This document shows, in pieces, positions 28,371 to 37,587 of a stretch of DNA of 64,000 nucleotides. The DNA is taken from the NCBI GenBank assembly GCA_963741255.1, contig CAVUHM010000001.1, positions 10,675 to 74,674 on the forward strand. The letters are read 5' to 3'. The number at the start of each line of letters is the position of its first letter. Position 1 is the first letter of the stretch. Source of the DNA: an uncultured Gammaproteobacteria bacterium (GTDB lineage Bacteria; Pseudomonadota; Gammaproteobacteria; Steroidobacterales; Rariloculaceae). The notes under the pieces are model-generated. The model was not told where the DNA came from and made no database searches. It was given only the letters and a program-made list of their open reading frames with translations. Both the position numbers and the translations under genes were made by a program.

Positions 28371-30455
28371 TTAGTCGCTCGGCAACGTGAACACGTAGAG
28401 CGCATGGCCGCGCTCGGGCACGCGGATCTCCGGAGTCAGCGTCGCCGGAACGCCGCGTGTGCTGCCCCCGCCGAGCCCGGTAGTGACGGCGATATATTGC
28501 TTGCCGTCGACCGCGAAGCTGATTGGAAATCCTTGCACCGATGTAGCGAGCCGAGTTTCCCAAATCACGTTACCGTCGCGCACGTCGACGGCCTTGAAGC
28601 TCCGATCGAGATCGCCGGCGAACGCCAAGCCGCCGGCTGTCGACAACACCGATGTCAGAAACGACGCACGCTGCTCGAGCGACCAGACTTGCTCGAGCGT
28701 ATCCACGTTGAAGGCCGCAAGCTTGCCGACGTTGCCGTTCGCGCCCGGTGCCACATAGAAACGTCGGTCGGCACCGCCGCTGCTGCCGCCGCCGGGGGTG
28801 AGCTCCACGGCACGCGCGCGCATCGAAGCGCAGCTCTGACTCAGTGGAATGATGAGTTGCCGTGTCGGCGCGTGGAAGCTCATCGCGGGCCAATTCTTGC
28901 CGCCGGCCGTGCTCGGGCACGCGTCGATCCACTCGCCGACTTTTTGGTCGATGATGTCTTGCCGGTAGCGCGGCCGCCCGGTCTCCCGATCGAAGCTGGC
29001 CCAAATGTTCTGCAGCACGGTCTCCGCGTGGCCGATGTAAGCGCCCGTGCGGCGGTCGTTCTTCCACAGGATGCCGTCCTTACCGACCGACAAGACCCAC
29101 TTGTCGGGGCCGGCGTCGACGAGCACGCGTTCGTAGACGACATCGAGGTCGAACGATTCGCCGGGCGCATGCGAGAAGTACCAAGCGAGCTTGCCCGTCG
29201 TCGCGTCGAGCGCGAGCGTCGAGCTCGTGTAGAGCGCGGCGTCGTTGGCGTTCATGCCGCGGCTCGCGGGCATCCACGGTTTTGCCTGCGTCGTGCCCCA
29301 GTACGTGAGGTTGAGCTCGGGATCGTAGCTGCCCGTGATCCACGACTCACCGCCCGCGCGATAGAGATCCGGCAGGCCGCTCCAACTGTCGCCGCCGGGC
29401 TCGTCCGTGAGCGCGATCGTACGAAACCGCCAGAGTTGCTTGCCGTCCTCAGGATCGTAAGCGCTGATGAAGCACTTGGTCTGCTCGAAGATGCTGCACG
29501 TGCCCATGCCTTGGATGATGAGTCCGTTCGCGATGACGGGGCCGCTATTCGTGGCATACACGTCGGGCATGACGACGTCCCACGCGAGCTCGCCGGTGCG
29601 CGCATCGAGCGCGATCAGACGCGCTTCTTGCGGACGGTTGGCCCAGGTGATCGTGCTCTGAAAAATCAGCTTGTTGCCGTAGAGCGAGATGCCGCGCGGC
29701 GCAACGTCGGCGCCGACGTGGTATTCCCAGATCAGGTTGCCCGTGCGCGCGTCGAGCGCTTGCACGATGCCGCCGGTATTGGCGAGGTAGATCGTGCCTT
29801 GGTAGGCGAGCGGGGCGGGTTGGTTGATGCCGCCATCGCGCATCGGCCAAATCCAGGCGAGCTGCAGGCGCTTGGCGTTGTCGGGCGTTATCTCGGCGAG
29901 CGGGCTGAAGCTCGTTGCGCTGTAGTCGTGTCGCAGCATCACCCAGTCGGCAGGATCCGGGCGCCGTAGCGTGTCGTCGGTGACCGGCACGAAGCGCGGC
30001 ACCGTGCCGGCCACCATGACACCCGTGGGCCCTTCCGCTTCGCGAGTAGTGAGGATGGCCGCGGTACCCGGAAGATCCTTGCCGAGGCGCTCCGTCGAGG
30101 CGGCCGTGATGGCCGCTTCGCTCGCCGGGCTGCCGTTGGCTTGCAGCAGATAGGCCACGATATTCGTGTAGGCCTCGACCTCGAGGCCGCCGGGATTGTC
30201 CGGCGGCATCGTCGAGCGCGTCTGCGCGATGAGCTCGTTCGTGCCGCGGTTGCCCCAGCTCGCGACGAACTCGGGTCCCCCGAGTGAGGCGTTCGGCAGT
30301 TGGCGCAGGTTCGCGCCGTGGCAGGTGGCGCAGCTCTGCTCGAACACGGCGCGGCCAGCGGCGGCTTGCTCGGTCGTGAACGCGAATACCGGTTCGCTGT
30401 GAAAGCCAAGCGCCGCGATGATCGCGAGCGAGGCGAAACGTTGCATCGAGCTCAT
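28371..30455 (-). CDS. quinohemoprotein: N-terminal cytochrome c domain fused to a PQQ-type 8-bladed beta-propeller dehydrogenase
   Basis: Intact ORF. The start is probably MSSMQRF at 30455, 7 nt after the lactonase stop. CATCHG heme motif at about residue 50. The rest carries PQQ-dehydrogenase repeats ([38 protein letters not shown]). Confidence 0.85.
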   Translation of the reverse strand: MSSMQRFASLAIIAALGFHSEPVFAFTTEQAAAGRAVFEQSCATCHGANLRQLPNASLGGPEFVASWGNRGTNELIAQTRSTMPPDNPGGLEVEAYTNIVAYLLQANGSPASEAAITAASTERLGKDLPGTAAILTTREAEGPTGVMVAGTVPRFVPVTDDTLRRPDPADWVMLRHDYSATSFSPLAEITPDNAKRLQLAWIWPMRDGGINQPAPLAYQGTIYLANTGGIVQALDARTGNLIWEYHVGADVAPRGISLYGNKLIFQSTITWANRPQEARLIALDARTGELAWDVVMPDVYATNSGPVIANGLIIQGMGTCSIFEQTKCFISAYDPEDGKQLWRFRTIALTDEPGGDSWSGLPDLYRAGGESWITGSYDPELNLTYWGTTQAKPWMPASRGMNANDAALYTSSTLALDATTGKLAWYFSHAPGESFDLDVVYERVLVDAGPDKWVLSVGKDGILWKNDRRTGAYIGHAETVLQNIWASFDRETGRPRYRQDIIDQKVGEWIDACPSTAGGKNWPAMSFHAPTRQLIIPLSQSCASMRARAVELTPGGGSSGGADRRFYVAPGANGNVGKLAAFNVDTLEQVWSLEQRASFLTSVLSTAGGLAFAGDLDRSFKAVDVRDGNVIWETRLATSVQGFPISFAVDGKQYIAVTTGLGGGSTRGVPATLTPEIRVPERGHALYVFTLPSD

Positions 30456-30462
30456 CGTGTTT

Positions 30463-31734
30463 TCAATACCGTACGTCCCCACACCACAGCTGAAACAGGC
30501 CGCCGGTCTGCACGTCCTGCTTGTATTGAAACGTCAATCGGCCGTCGGGCTCGATCGAGAACAGAACGATTCGCGGCGGCACGATCTCGACGCTGTTTCC
30601 TCTGCGCCGTTTTATCGGTCCTTCGGACTCGTGGCTCGTGGCCACGAGCGAGCGGCCGTCGGGATGCAGCGCGAACATCCGGACATCGAGGCTCTGCGGA
30701 TCCGCAGATTGGATCAGCCGCGGCTCGCCGGTCGCGGCATCCACGTCCAACACCGCGATTGAATTCTCCATGTTTTCGGCGATGACCTCTTCGCCCTGAA
30801 AAACTTCCTTGCCGCGACCGCGATTCGCGACATACAGCGTCCGGCCGTTGGTCGGATGCATGCGGATCGCCGATGCCGCTTGTCCTGGCTGCGACCGGGT
30901 ACCCGGCGCCAGAAGACTCGTGACGAACAACGGTTCTGCCGAAAGCCGATCGTCCTCGATGCCGAACGTTTGCAGCTGATTCTGCGACTCGATGACCACG
31001 TACACCCATTTGCCGGACGGATGAAATTCGACGTGACGGCAGCGAAAGTCACGGCCGCCGTTCGGCGCTACGGACTGCTTGTTCGTGAGCTGACCGTTGG
31101 CGTAGCCGAATATCTTGAGCGCACCGCGATCTTCTTCTCTTTGGCCCGAAATCGCCTGATTGCCGCGCGCAGGCAGGATGACGGCACGACCGGAGGGCAT
31201 TACGCGAATTTGGTGAGCATAGATTCCGGCATCGAGCGTCGCCGCTTGTCGCACTTCGCCTCCGACCGAGCCGTCGGCGTTGAGGCGATGAACGGCGATT
31301 CCGCTCGGTCGATTGAAAGCGGAGAGTAAGTGCTCGCCTCGAGGGTCGACCGTGATGTGGATCGGCCGATGGCGCAAGCGGACTGCAGCGCCGAGCGGCT
31401 CGAGCGCTCCCGACGAATCGACTTCGAAGGCGTTCAGATAATGGTTCTGCGGATTCGCCGCCGTATGCTCATCGCTGCTCGCGACGTAGAAATGCCGGCC
31501 CCATTGGCACGCTTCCTGAATTTCTTCGGCTACGACGATCGGTTCGCCGAGCTCGACGAGGGATTTACCGTCGTCGGCAATTCGGTAGCGCAACAGTCGG
31601 GGGCCGACGTTGGCATAGATATCCGCCCGCACTCTGTTCGGCTGTTGCGCCCCGAGGAGGCCGAGATGACCGAGCGCTGCCGCGCCGGCTGCGCCCGCCA
31701 AGCCTGCGTTGAATCTACGTCGATGCACGGCCAT
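30463..31734 (-). CDS. lactonase-family 7-bladed beta-propeller protein, TAT signal
   Basis: Intact 423-aa ORF. N-terminus [19 protein letters not shown]. Repeats such as [35 protein letters not shown] and [10 protein letters not shown] are typical of the 6-phosphogluconolactonase/lactonase family. Confidence 0.8.
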   Translation of the reverse strand: MAVHRRRFNAGLAGAAGAAALGHLGLLGAQQPNRVRADIYANVGPRLLRYRIADDGKSLVELGEPIVVAEEIQEACQWGRHFYVASSDEHTAANPQNHYLNAFEVDSSGALEPLGAAVRLRHRPIHITVDPRGEHLLSAFNRPSGIAVHRLNADGSVGGEVRQAATLDAGIYAHQIRVMPSGRAVILPARGNQAISGQREEDRGALKIFGYANGQLTNKQSVAPNGGRDFRCRHVEFHPSGKWVYVVIESQNQLQTFGIEDDRLSAEPLFVTSLLAPGTRSQPGQAASAIRMHPTNGRTLYVANRGRGKEVFQGEEVIAENMENSIAVLDVDAATGEPRLIQSADPQSLDVRMFALHPDGRSLVATSHESEGPIKRRRGNSVEIVPPRIVLFSIEPDGRLTFQYKQDVQTGGLFQLWCGDVRY

Positions 31735-31739
31735 CCGCT

Positions 31740-32588
31740 CTAGGCGTGCTCACGGATGAATGCAAGCACGTTGGCGACGCACTCGTCCGGATTCGCGACT
31801 GCGATGTGATACGCGTCGCTCTGTAGCACGACGAGCCGCGAATCGGGTATCGCCACCTGATACTTGCGCACCTTTTCGACGGACTGCAGCGCGCTTCTGT
31901 CCGCCGTGATGATCAGCGAGGGTGCCGCGATGCGCTGCAGCACGCCGTCTCTTTCGAGGTCGAAGCTCGATAGCGCCGCATTCAGTCCCTGCGTGCCCGC
32001 TTGCGGCGCGGCCTTCTCCATCGCGTTCCAGTATTCGATCATCTCCGCGGATGCGGACGACCCGAGTCTGTCCTTCTGCGGAACGGGCGATGGATTCGAA
32101 ATCGAGATGACCGAAGCGGGTCCGCTGACGACGCAGAGAGACCGCGTCCTTAAGGGAAAGTCGGCAGCGAACTGCATCGCGATCGGGCCGCCGGTTTTCG
32201 CGCCGACAATGTGAGCGGACTCGATGCCTGCTTTGTCGAGCACGCTCGCTATATAGCGCGCAAGACCTGGAAACGACCATTCGAAGCCGGCCGGAACCGT
32301 CGAGAGTCCGCAACCCGGCAGGTCCGGGCGAAGCACGCGATACTCCTTCGCCAGTGTCGGTACCCACGCGAACCAGACGACGCCCGATTCGAGCGCACCG
32401 TGAATCAGAACGACGGCTTCCCGCTGGCGCCAAGGTTCACCGAACCAATCGTCGCGAAAAAACCGGTCGGTCGGTTCTCCGACGGGCTGTGTTTGGGCGT
32501 GCGCCGCCGTCGAAACGATACCGGTGCCGCCGATAGCCGCGCCGATCGTTGTCTTCAGGACGCTGCGGCGGGATACGGTGATCGCCAT
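31740..32588 (-). CDS. alpha/beta-hydrolase-fold protein with TAT signal and a non-canonical nucleophile elbow
   Basis: ORF 31740-32624, with the start probably at MAITVSRRSVLK (32588). It has VVLIHG and a C-terminal His (DAYHIAV). The elbow reads HIVGAKTGG where GxSxGG is expected. Confidence 0.75.
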   Translation of the reverse strand: MAITVSRRSVLKTTIGAAIGGTGIVSTAAHAQTQPVGEPTDRFFRDDWFGEPWRQREAVVLIHGALESGVVWFAWVPTLAKEYRVLRPDLPGCGLSTVPAGFEWSFPGLARYIASVLDKAGIESAHIVGAKTGGPIAMQFAADFPLRTRSLCVVSGPASVISISNPSPVPQKDRLGSSASAEMIEYWNAMEKAAPQAGTQGLNAALSSFDLERDGVLQRIAAPSLIITADRSALQSVEKVRKYQVAIPDSRLVVLQSDAYHIAVANPDECVANVLAFIREHA

Positions 32589-32598
32589 AGCGGATCCT

Positions 32599-34658
32599 CT
32601 AGTTGGGCTGCTTCTCTTCGGCACGCCGCGCGAGCTCGCGCACCCACGCGCTGACGTTCGCGATGGCGGCCTCGTCGAGGAAACTGCCGAACGCGGGCAT
32701 CAGGTTGCGGCCGGTCGACACGATACGTGGAATCTCGTCCGCTGCCAGCGCCGTCGTGAAAGCGGGGCCGCCGTGACCGCCGGTGCCGTCGGCGCCGTGG
32801 CAGAACACGCAGGAATTGACGTAAGCGGCCCGCCCGCTTTCGAGACTCACTTCAGCATTGCCGCTGCCCGGGGCTCGAGTAATCGACTGCTGCGTCGCTT
32901 CGGCGACTTCATCGAGCGTGCCGCTGAGCGAGAACAGCCAGACACTGTCGCCGCGAGCACCGCCCTGCACATGTCCACCCGAGTAGACCGCGACATACTG
33001 TTGCCCGCCGTGCTCGAAAACGCTCGCCGGTGCATTGACGCCCGCTCCTGTTTGAAACTCCCAACGTTTCGCGCCGGTCGCGGAGTCGAGTGCGGTGAGA
33101 CGACCATCGTTGCGGCCCACGAACACGAGGCCGCCGGCCGTCGTGACGGAACCGCTCAGACAGCGCTCCGGCCAATGCTGCTGCCACACGAGCTTGTTGG
33201 TTCGCAGATCGAGCGCGGCGAAAACGCCGAACAGCGGCATCGGGTTGGTGCCGAAGTTGCCGCCGATGTAGAACTCGCCGGGGGGCGGAAGCTCGTCGCT
33301 AATCTCCCAGGCGCGAAATGCGCTCGCGCCGTCGGCCGCGCAGACATAGATGTAGCCTGTTTCGATGTCGACCGAGCTCGGCGGCCAGTTCGCGCCGCCG
33401 CGGAGGCCCGGCTTCGCCAAGACGTAGTCCGTCCAATAGGGCGTGAAGATCCCGCCGCGATTGACGAGCTCGAACCCTTCGGGCGCGACTTCCATCGACA
33501 ACGGGACGAACGCATCGCCGATCGGAAACGGTTGCGTCGCCGCAGTGGCCTGGCGCGGCTCCTGCGGCACGGCGCGCTCCTCGATACCGATCAGCGGTTC
33601 GCCGGTCGTTCGGTCGAGTAGGTAGACCCAGCCCGTCTTGCCTGCCTGAGCCAAGCCCTTGCGCTCGACGCCGTCGATTTCGACGTCGAATAGCACGACG
33701 GGATTCGGTGAGTCGTAGTCCCACAGATCGTGATGGACTTGCTGAAAGTGCCAGCGGTATTTCCCGGTTCTCACATCGACCGCAACGATCGATGCGGAAA
33801 ACAGGTTGTCGCCGGGCCTCACGGCGCCGTTGAAATCGGGGCCGGCGTTGCCGGTGGAGAAGTAGACGAGTCCGAGCTCGGGGTCGAGGGCCGGTGTCTG
33901 CCACACCGTCGCGCCGCCGCTGCGCCAGACCTCGTTGTCTTGCGGCCAGGTGTCGTGGCCGAGCTCGCCCGGGCCCGGAATCGTGTAGAACGTCCATACC
34001 AGCGAACCGTCGTCGGCATCGTAGGCTTTGACGCGGCCGCGAACGCCGAACTCGGCACCGCGCAAAGCCCGTGATCACGAGGCCGTCGTAGTAGAGCGGC
34101 GCGGTCGTGATCGTGAAGCCGTCCTGCCATCGCTCGGCCTGGATGCTCCAGACGACCTCGCCTGTGCGCCTGGTCGAGGGCGACGAGCTTGCCGTCGAGC
34201 TGGCCTGCGTAGACTTTGCCGTCGCCGATCGCCACACCGCGATTGGTCCAGCCGCAGCAGACCGTCGAGATGCCGGGCTCGAGGTTCGCCTCGTAGGTCC
34301 ACAGGAAGTCGCCGCTGTCGACATCGATGGCGAAAACATCGTTGGCGGGCGTCGCGACGTACAGCACGCCGTCGAAAAAGATCGGTTGTGCTTCGGCCGA
34401 ATAGCGCGGGCCGAATCCCGAGCCGTTCAGTCGTGCTCGCCACACACCCTTCAGACGCTCGACCGTGTCGCGGTTGATTTCTTGCAGAGGCGAGTAGCGG
34501 CGGTTGTACCAGTCCCCGCCGTTGGTCGGCCAGTCGCTGCGTGGGGCAGTCAGCGACGAGCCCGCGAAGTTCGGTGCGACGACCTGCGCCTCGACGCCGA
34601 CGAGCGCCGGTGCCGCGAGCAGTGCCAGAACGATTGCAGTGGAGAACCTAATGTTCAT
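32599..34658 (-). pseudogene. quinohemoprotein alcohol-dehydrogenase-type PQQ enzyme with C-terminal cytochrome c domain; frame broken twice
   Basis: Signal peptide. DWPTNGGDWYNRRYSPL and the vicinal Cys pair in STVCCGWTNRG are typical of quinoprotein alcohol dehydrogenases. C-terminal CVFCHG heme motif. Joined from ORF 33819-34658, the frame of ORF 33299-34339 (about 34165-34065) and ORF 32599-34065. Confidence 0.8.
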
Positions 34659-34706
34659 CGGAGCTCACCTTGCGTGTAACCGAGCGTCGCCAGCTTAACC
34701 TGTCGC

Positions 34707-35855
34707 TCAGTCGGCCGAGAATGCGAAGACGGTTCGGCTCCGAAACGTCTGGTCGGGGAGCAGCGTCGTCCGCGGAAAGTGCGGCTGGTTCGGCGAGTCC
34801 GGGAAGTGGCCGGTCTCGAGCGCGACGCCGGCGCGCAGCGGGTATCTCACGCCGCCTTTCATGGCGCGCTGCGTGTCGATGAAGTTCGCGGTGTAGAGAA
34901 AGAGTCCCGGCTCGTTGGTCGAGACCGTGAGCGTCCTGCCCGACACCGGGTCGTGCAGCACGGCGGCTTCGGCGAGCTCGCCGGGAACGCTCGAGCGGCG
35001 CAGCACGAAGTTTTGGTTGTAGCCGCGGTTCTGGACCATTTGCGGGTCGTCGGCCGCGATGTCGCGGCCGATGGGCTTGGCCACGGTGAAGTCGAAGGGC
35101 GTGCCGCGCACAGACCTGATCTCGCCCGTCGGCGTGTTGTCGGGCAGCGCGAACGTGAAGAAGTCCGCAGCGATCGCGAGCGTGTGGGCGAGCACATCGC
35201 CGTTGCCGGCGCCAGCCAGGTTGAAGTAGCTGTGCTGCGTGAAGTTGACGACGGTGGGTTTCGTCGTCGTTGCGGTGTAGTCGACGATGAGGCGGTAGTC
35301 GTCGGTCCAATGATAGGTCACGGACACGGTCACGCGACCCGGAAAGCCTTGATCGCCGTCGGGGCTCACGAGCGTGAAGCGCAGGCCTTGGCCATCGGCG
35401 GTACGGATTCGCGACGTCGACCACAGCCGGTTGCCAAAGCCGTCCGGCCCGCCGTGCATGACGGACGGCGCCGGCTTGCCGTCGCGTGTCGTGCCGCTCG
35501 TGAGCTCGAACGTTTGGCCGTCGAGCGCGATCTTCGTGCTCGCGATTCGATTCGCGTAGCGGCCGATCGTCAGGCCGAACTGCGCAAAGTTGCTCGTGTT
35601 GTAGTCCGCCGCCGAGTCGTAGCCGAGGACCACGTCGGCCAGCGCACCGTCGCGATCGGGTGCCTCGACGGACAGGATAGCGGCGCCGAGGGGCATGAAG
35701 GCCGCTCTTGCGCCCGACGAGTTCGTAATCGTGTAGCGCGCGATCGCGCGGCCGTCGGCGAGCGCGCCCCAGGGCTCTTCGGCGATGCGTGCTCGATTTT
35801 GCGCGACAGCGCTGAGCGAGGCTGCGCTGACCGCGACGACGATCAGGTACTTCAT
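34707..35855 (-). CDS. aldose 1-epimerase (mutarotase) family protein, Sec signal
   Basis: Intact 382-aa ORF with signal peptide MKYLIVVAVSAASLSAVAQ. Blocks GRYANRI, HGGPDGFGNRLW and NLAGAG are typical of galactose mutarotase-like proteins. Confidence 0.85.
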   Translation of the reverse strand: MKYLIVVAVSAASLSAVAQNRARIAEEPWGALADGRAIARYTITNSSGARAAFMPLGAAILSVEAPDRDGALADVVLGYDSAADYNTSNFAQFGLTIGRYANRIASTKIALDGQTFELTSGTTRDGKPAPSVMHGGPDGFGNRLWSTSRIRTADGQGLRFTLVSPDGDQGFPGRVTVSVTYHWTDDYRLIVDYTATTTKPTVVNFTQHSYFNLAGAGNGDVLAHTLAIAADFFTFALPDNTPTGEIRSVRGTPFDFTVAKPIGRDIAADDPQMVQNRGYNQNFVLRRSSVPGELAEAAVLHDPVSGRTLTVSTNEPGLFLYTANFIDTQRAMKGGVRYPLRAGVALETGHFPDSPNQPHFPRTTLLPDQTFRSRTVFAFSAD

Positions 35856-35940
35856 CCGGTAGCCTTCCCCCCAGGTTCACGTTCCATAATGGGCGAACGC
35901 CCGCGCACCATTCAAGACGACTACAGGATCGGCGGAACCT

Positions 35941-37587
35941 ATGGCGCACGAACGCAGCAACGACGGTCCGACGCAGAAGCCCGCGCTGGATCGCCGGGCG
36001 GCAGTCAAAGGCGCGCTGGCCGTTGCCGGCGCGCTCGGGCTCGGTTCCCTGGCGCCGTCATCCGCACACGCCCAGTCGAGTGCCGCGCCTGCTGCGCGCG
36101 CCGGCGGCGCAACACTTGCGCTTACGCGCTTCTTGAACACCACTGCGTACGGCGATCTACCGCCGCTCGCTATCGAGCACGCCAAGATGATTCTCGCGAG
36201 CACGCTGTCGAGCGCTGCCGTGGGAGTCACGATGGACTCGGCGCGTATCCAACGCGAGCTGGCAGTGGATCAGGGTGGCAAGGCGGACAGCACCGTCTGG
36301 TTCGACGGAACCAAACTGCCGGCGGTGCTCGCCGCACGTGCCAACGCTGCTGCAAGCGACGCCGCCGCCTCCGACGACAGCGACATCCGCACCATTGCGC
36401 ACTTCGGCACGACGTTGACCGCGGCCGGTCTCGCGCTCGGCGAACGCACGCACGCGAGCGGTCGGGACTTGTTGCTCGCGATGGTGATCGGCTACGAAGC
36501 CGGCGGACGCATCGGCGACGCGCGCGCGGGCGGCCGCTCAGGGTTGCACGCGTCGCAGCTCGTGGCGTTCGCGAGCGCCGCCGTCTCCGCGAAGCTGCTC
36601 GAGCTCGGCGACGGGGAGATGGCGCATGCGCTTGGGCTAGTCGCCACCACGGTGGGCGGCCTTGGCGTCGGCACGAACAGCTGGGCGCGCGAATACATGG
36701 GCGCCAACGCGGCGTTCACGGGCGTGCAGGCGGCGCTGTCGGCGGCGAGCGGCTTCACGGTGAATGAGGACATGATCGAAGGCCCTAACGGGTTCATCGA
36801 CGTGTTCGGGGGTGGCGCCTCGAGCGTCGGCCGGCTGACGGCCGATCTCGGCACGTCCTGGAACATCGACGACTACCTCGCCATCAAGCTCTGGCCGGGC
36901 GCCCACCCGCTCTCCGGCATGGTCGAAGCCGCCGTCACCGCAGCGCGCGAAGGTAACGTCGAGGCGAGCGACGTGGCGCAGATTCTCGTCGCCGGCCCGT
37001 CGGTTCGCACGATGTTCGGCAGCCGCCGTCCGAAGGACCATGTCGAGGCCATTCACAGCCTGCCGTACTTCGTGGCCTCCGCGATTGCCGACAAGAACTT
37101 CACCTGGGTGCACGCGACGGCGGACAAGATCTTCGATCCGACCGTGCAGCGGCTGATGGCGCTCGTGGATCCGGATCCGTCGCCGCCGGCCGTGGAGACG
37201 CGCTGGCCCTGGGCCGGCACGGTTACCATCGTGACGACGTCGGGCGCGCGTATCACGCGGACCGTGGACGCGCCGCGCGGCTCGGCGCCGCGCGGCATCG
37301 AATGGACGGATGTGGAAGCGAAGTACCGCGAGCTGATGCCGCAGTCGCGGCTGCCGGCCCGACGCCTCGACGAGATTCTCGCGACGATCCGCGAGTTCGA
37401 GAACGTCAACGACGTGTCGCAGCTGACGCGCATGCTCGCACCGGCGGCGCTGAGCTCGCTTCTGTCGGTCGCCGCAATCTGCACTACGCGTCGTTACGGC
37501 AGTGCGTACGCGATCAGCTCGGCACCGGCGTTGACGCCCGATTGGCTCACGGCCACCACGATGTACTGCTTGCCGTTGTGCAGGTAG
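35941..37587 (+). CDS. MmgE/PrpD-family protein with TAT signal; 3' end uncertain
   Basis: 548-aa ORF. N-terminus LDRRAAVKGALAVAGALGLGSLAPSSAHA. The body has the length and pattern of the 2-methylcitrate-dehydratase family. The last 94 nt overlap the convergent PQQ gene, which suggests a lost or shifted stop. Confidence 0.75.
   Translation: MAHERSNDGPTQKPALDRRAAVKGALAVAGALGLGSLAPSSAHAQSSAAPAARAGGATLALTRFLNTTAYGDLPPLAIEHAKMILASTLSSAAVGVTMDSARIQRELAVDQGGKADSTVWFDGTKLPAVLAARANAAASDAAASDDSDIRTIAHFGTTLTAAGLALGERTHASGRDLLLAMVIGYEAGGRIGDARAGGRSGLHASQLVAFASAAVSAKLLELGDGEMAHALGLVATTVGGLGVGTNSWAREYMGANAAFTGVQAALSAASGFTVNEDMIEGPNGFIDVFGGGASSVGRLTADLGTSWNIDDYLAIKLWPGAHPLSGMVEAAVTAAREGNVEASDVAQILVAGPSVRTMFGSRRPKDHVEAIHSLPYFVASAIADKNFTWVHATADKIFDPTVQRLMALVDPDPSPPAVETRWPWAGTVTIVTTSGARITRTVDAPRGSAPRGIEWTDVEAKYRELMPQSRLPARRLDEILATIREFENVNDVSQLTRMLAPAALSSLLSVAAICTTRRYGSAYAISSAPALTPDWLTATTMYCLPLCR

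Noticed and set aside
28347-29969. 540-aa plus-strand ORF opposite the cytochrome c-PQQ gene
   Set aside because: It is a shadow ORF of an intact, motif-rich minus-strand gene.
34779-36767. 662-aa plus-strand ORF spanning the mutarotase antisense strand and an alternative frame of the PrpD-like gene
   Set aside because: It crosses an intergenic region and two well-supported genes in the wrong frame or strand, and its composition is Arg-rich. ORFs 34648-35949(-), 36637-38949(-), 41552-43219(+) and 49041-51275(+) were likewise not taken as single genes. Where they contain real coding text, it is only as fragments of the frame-broken genes listed.
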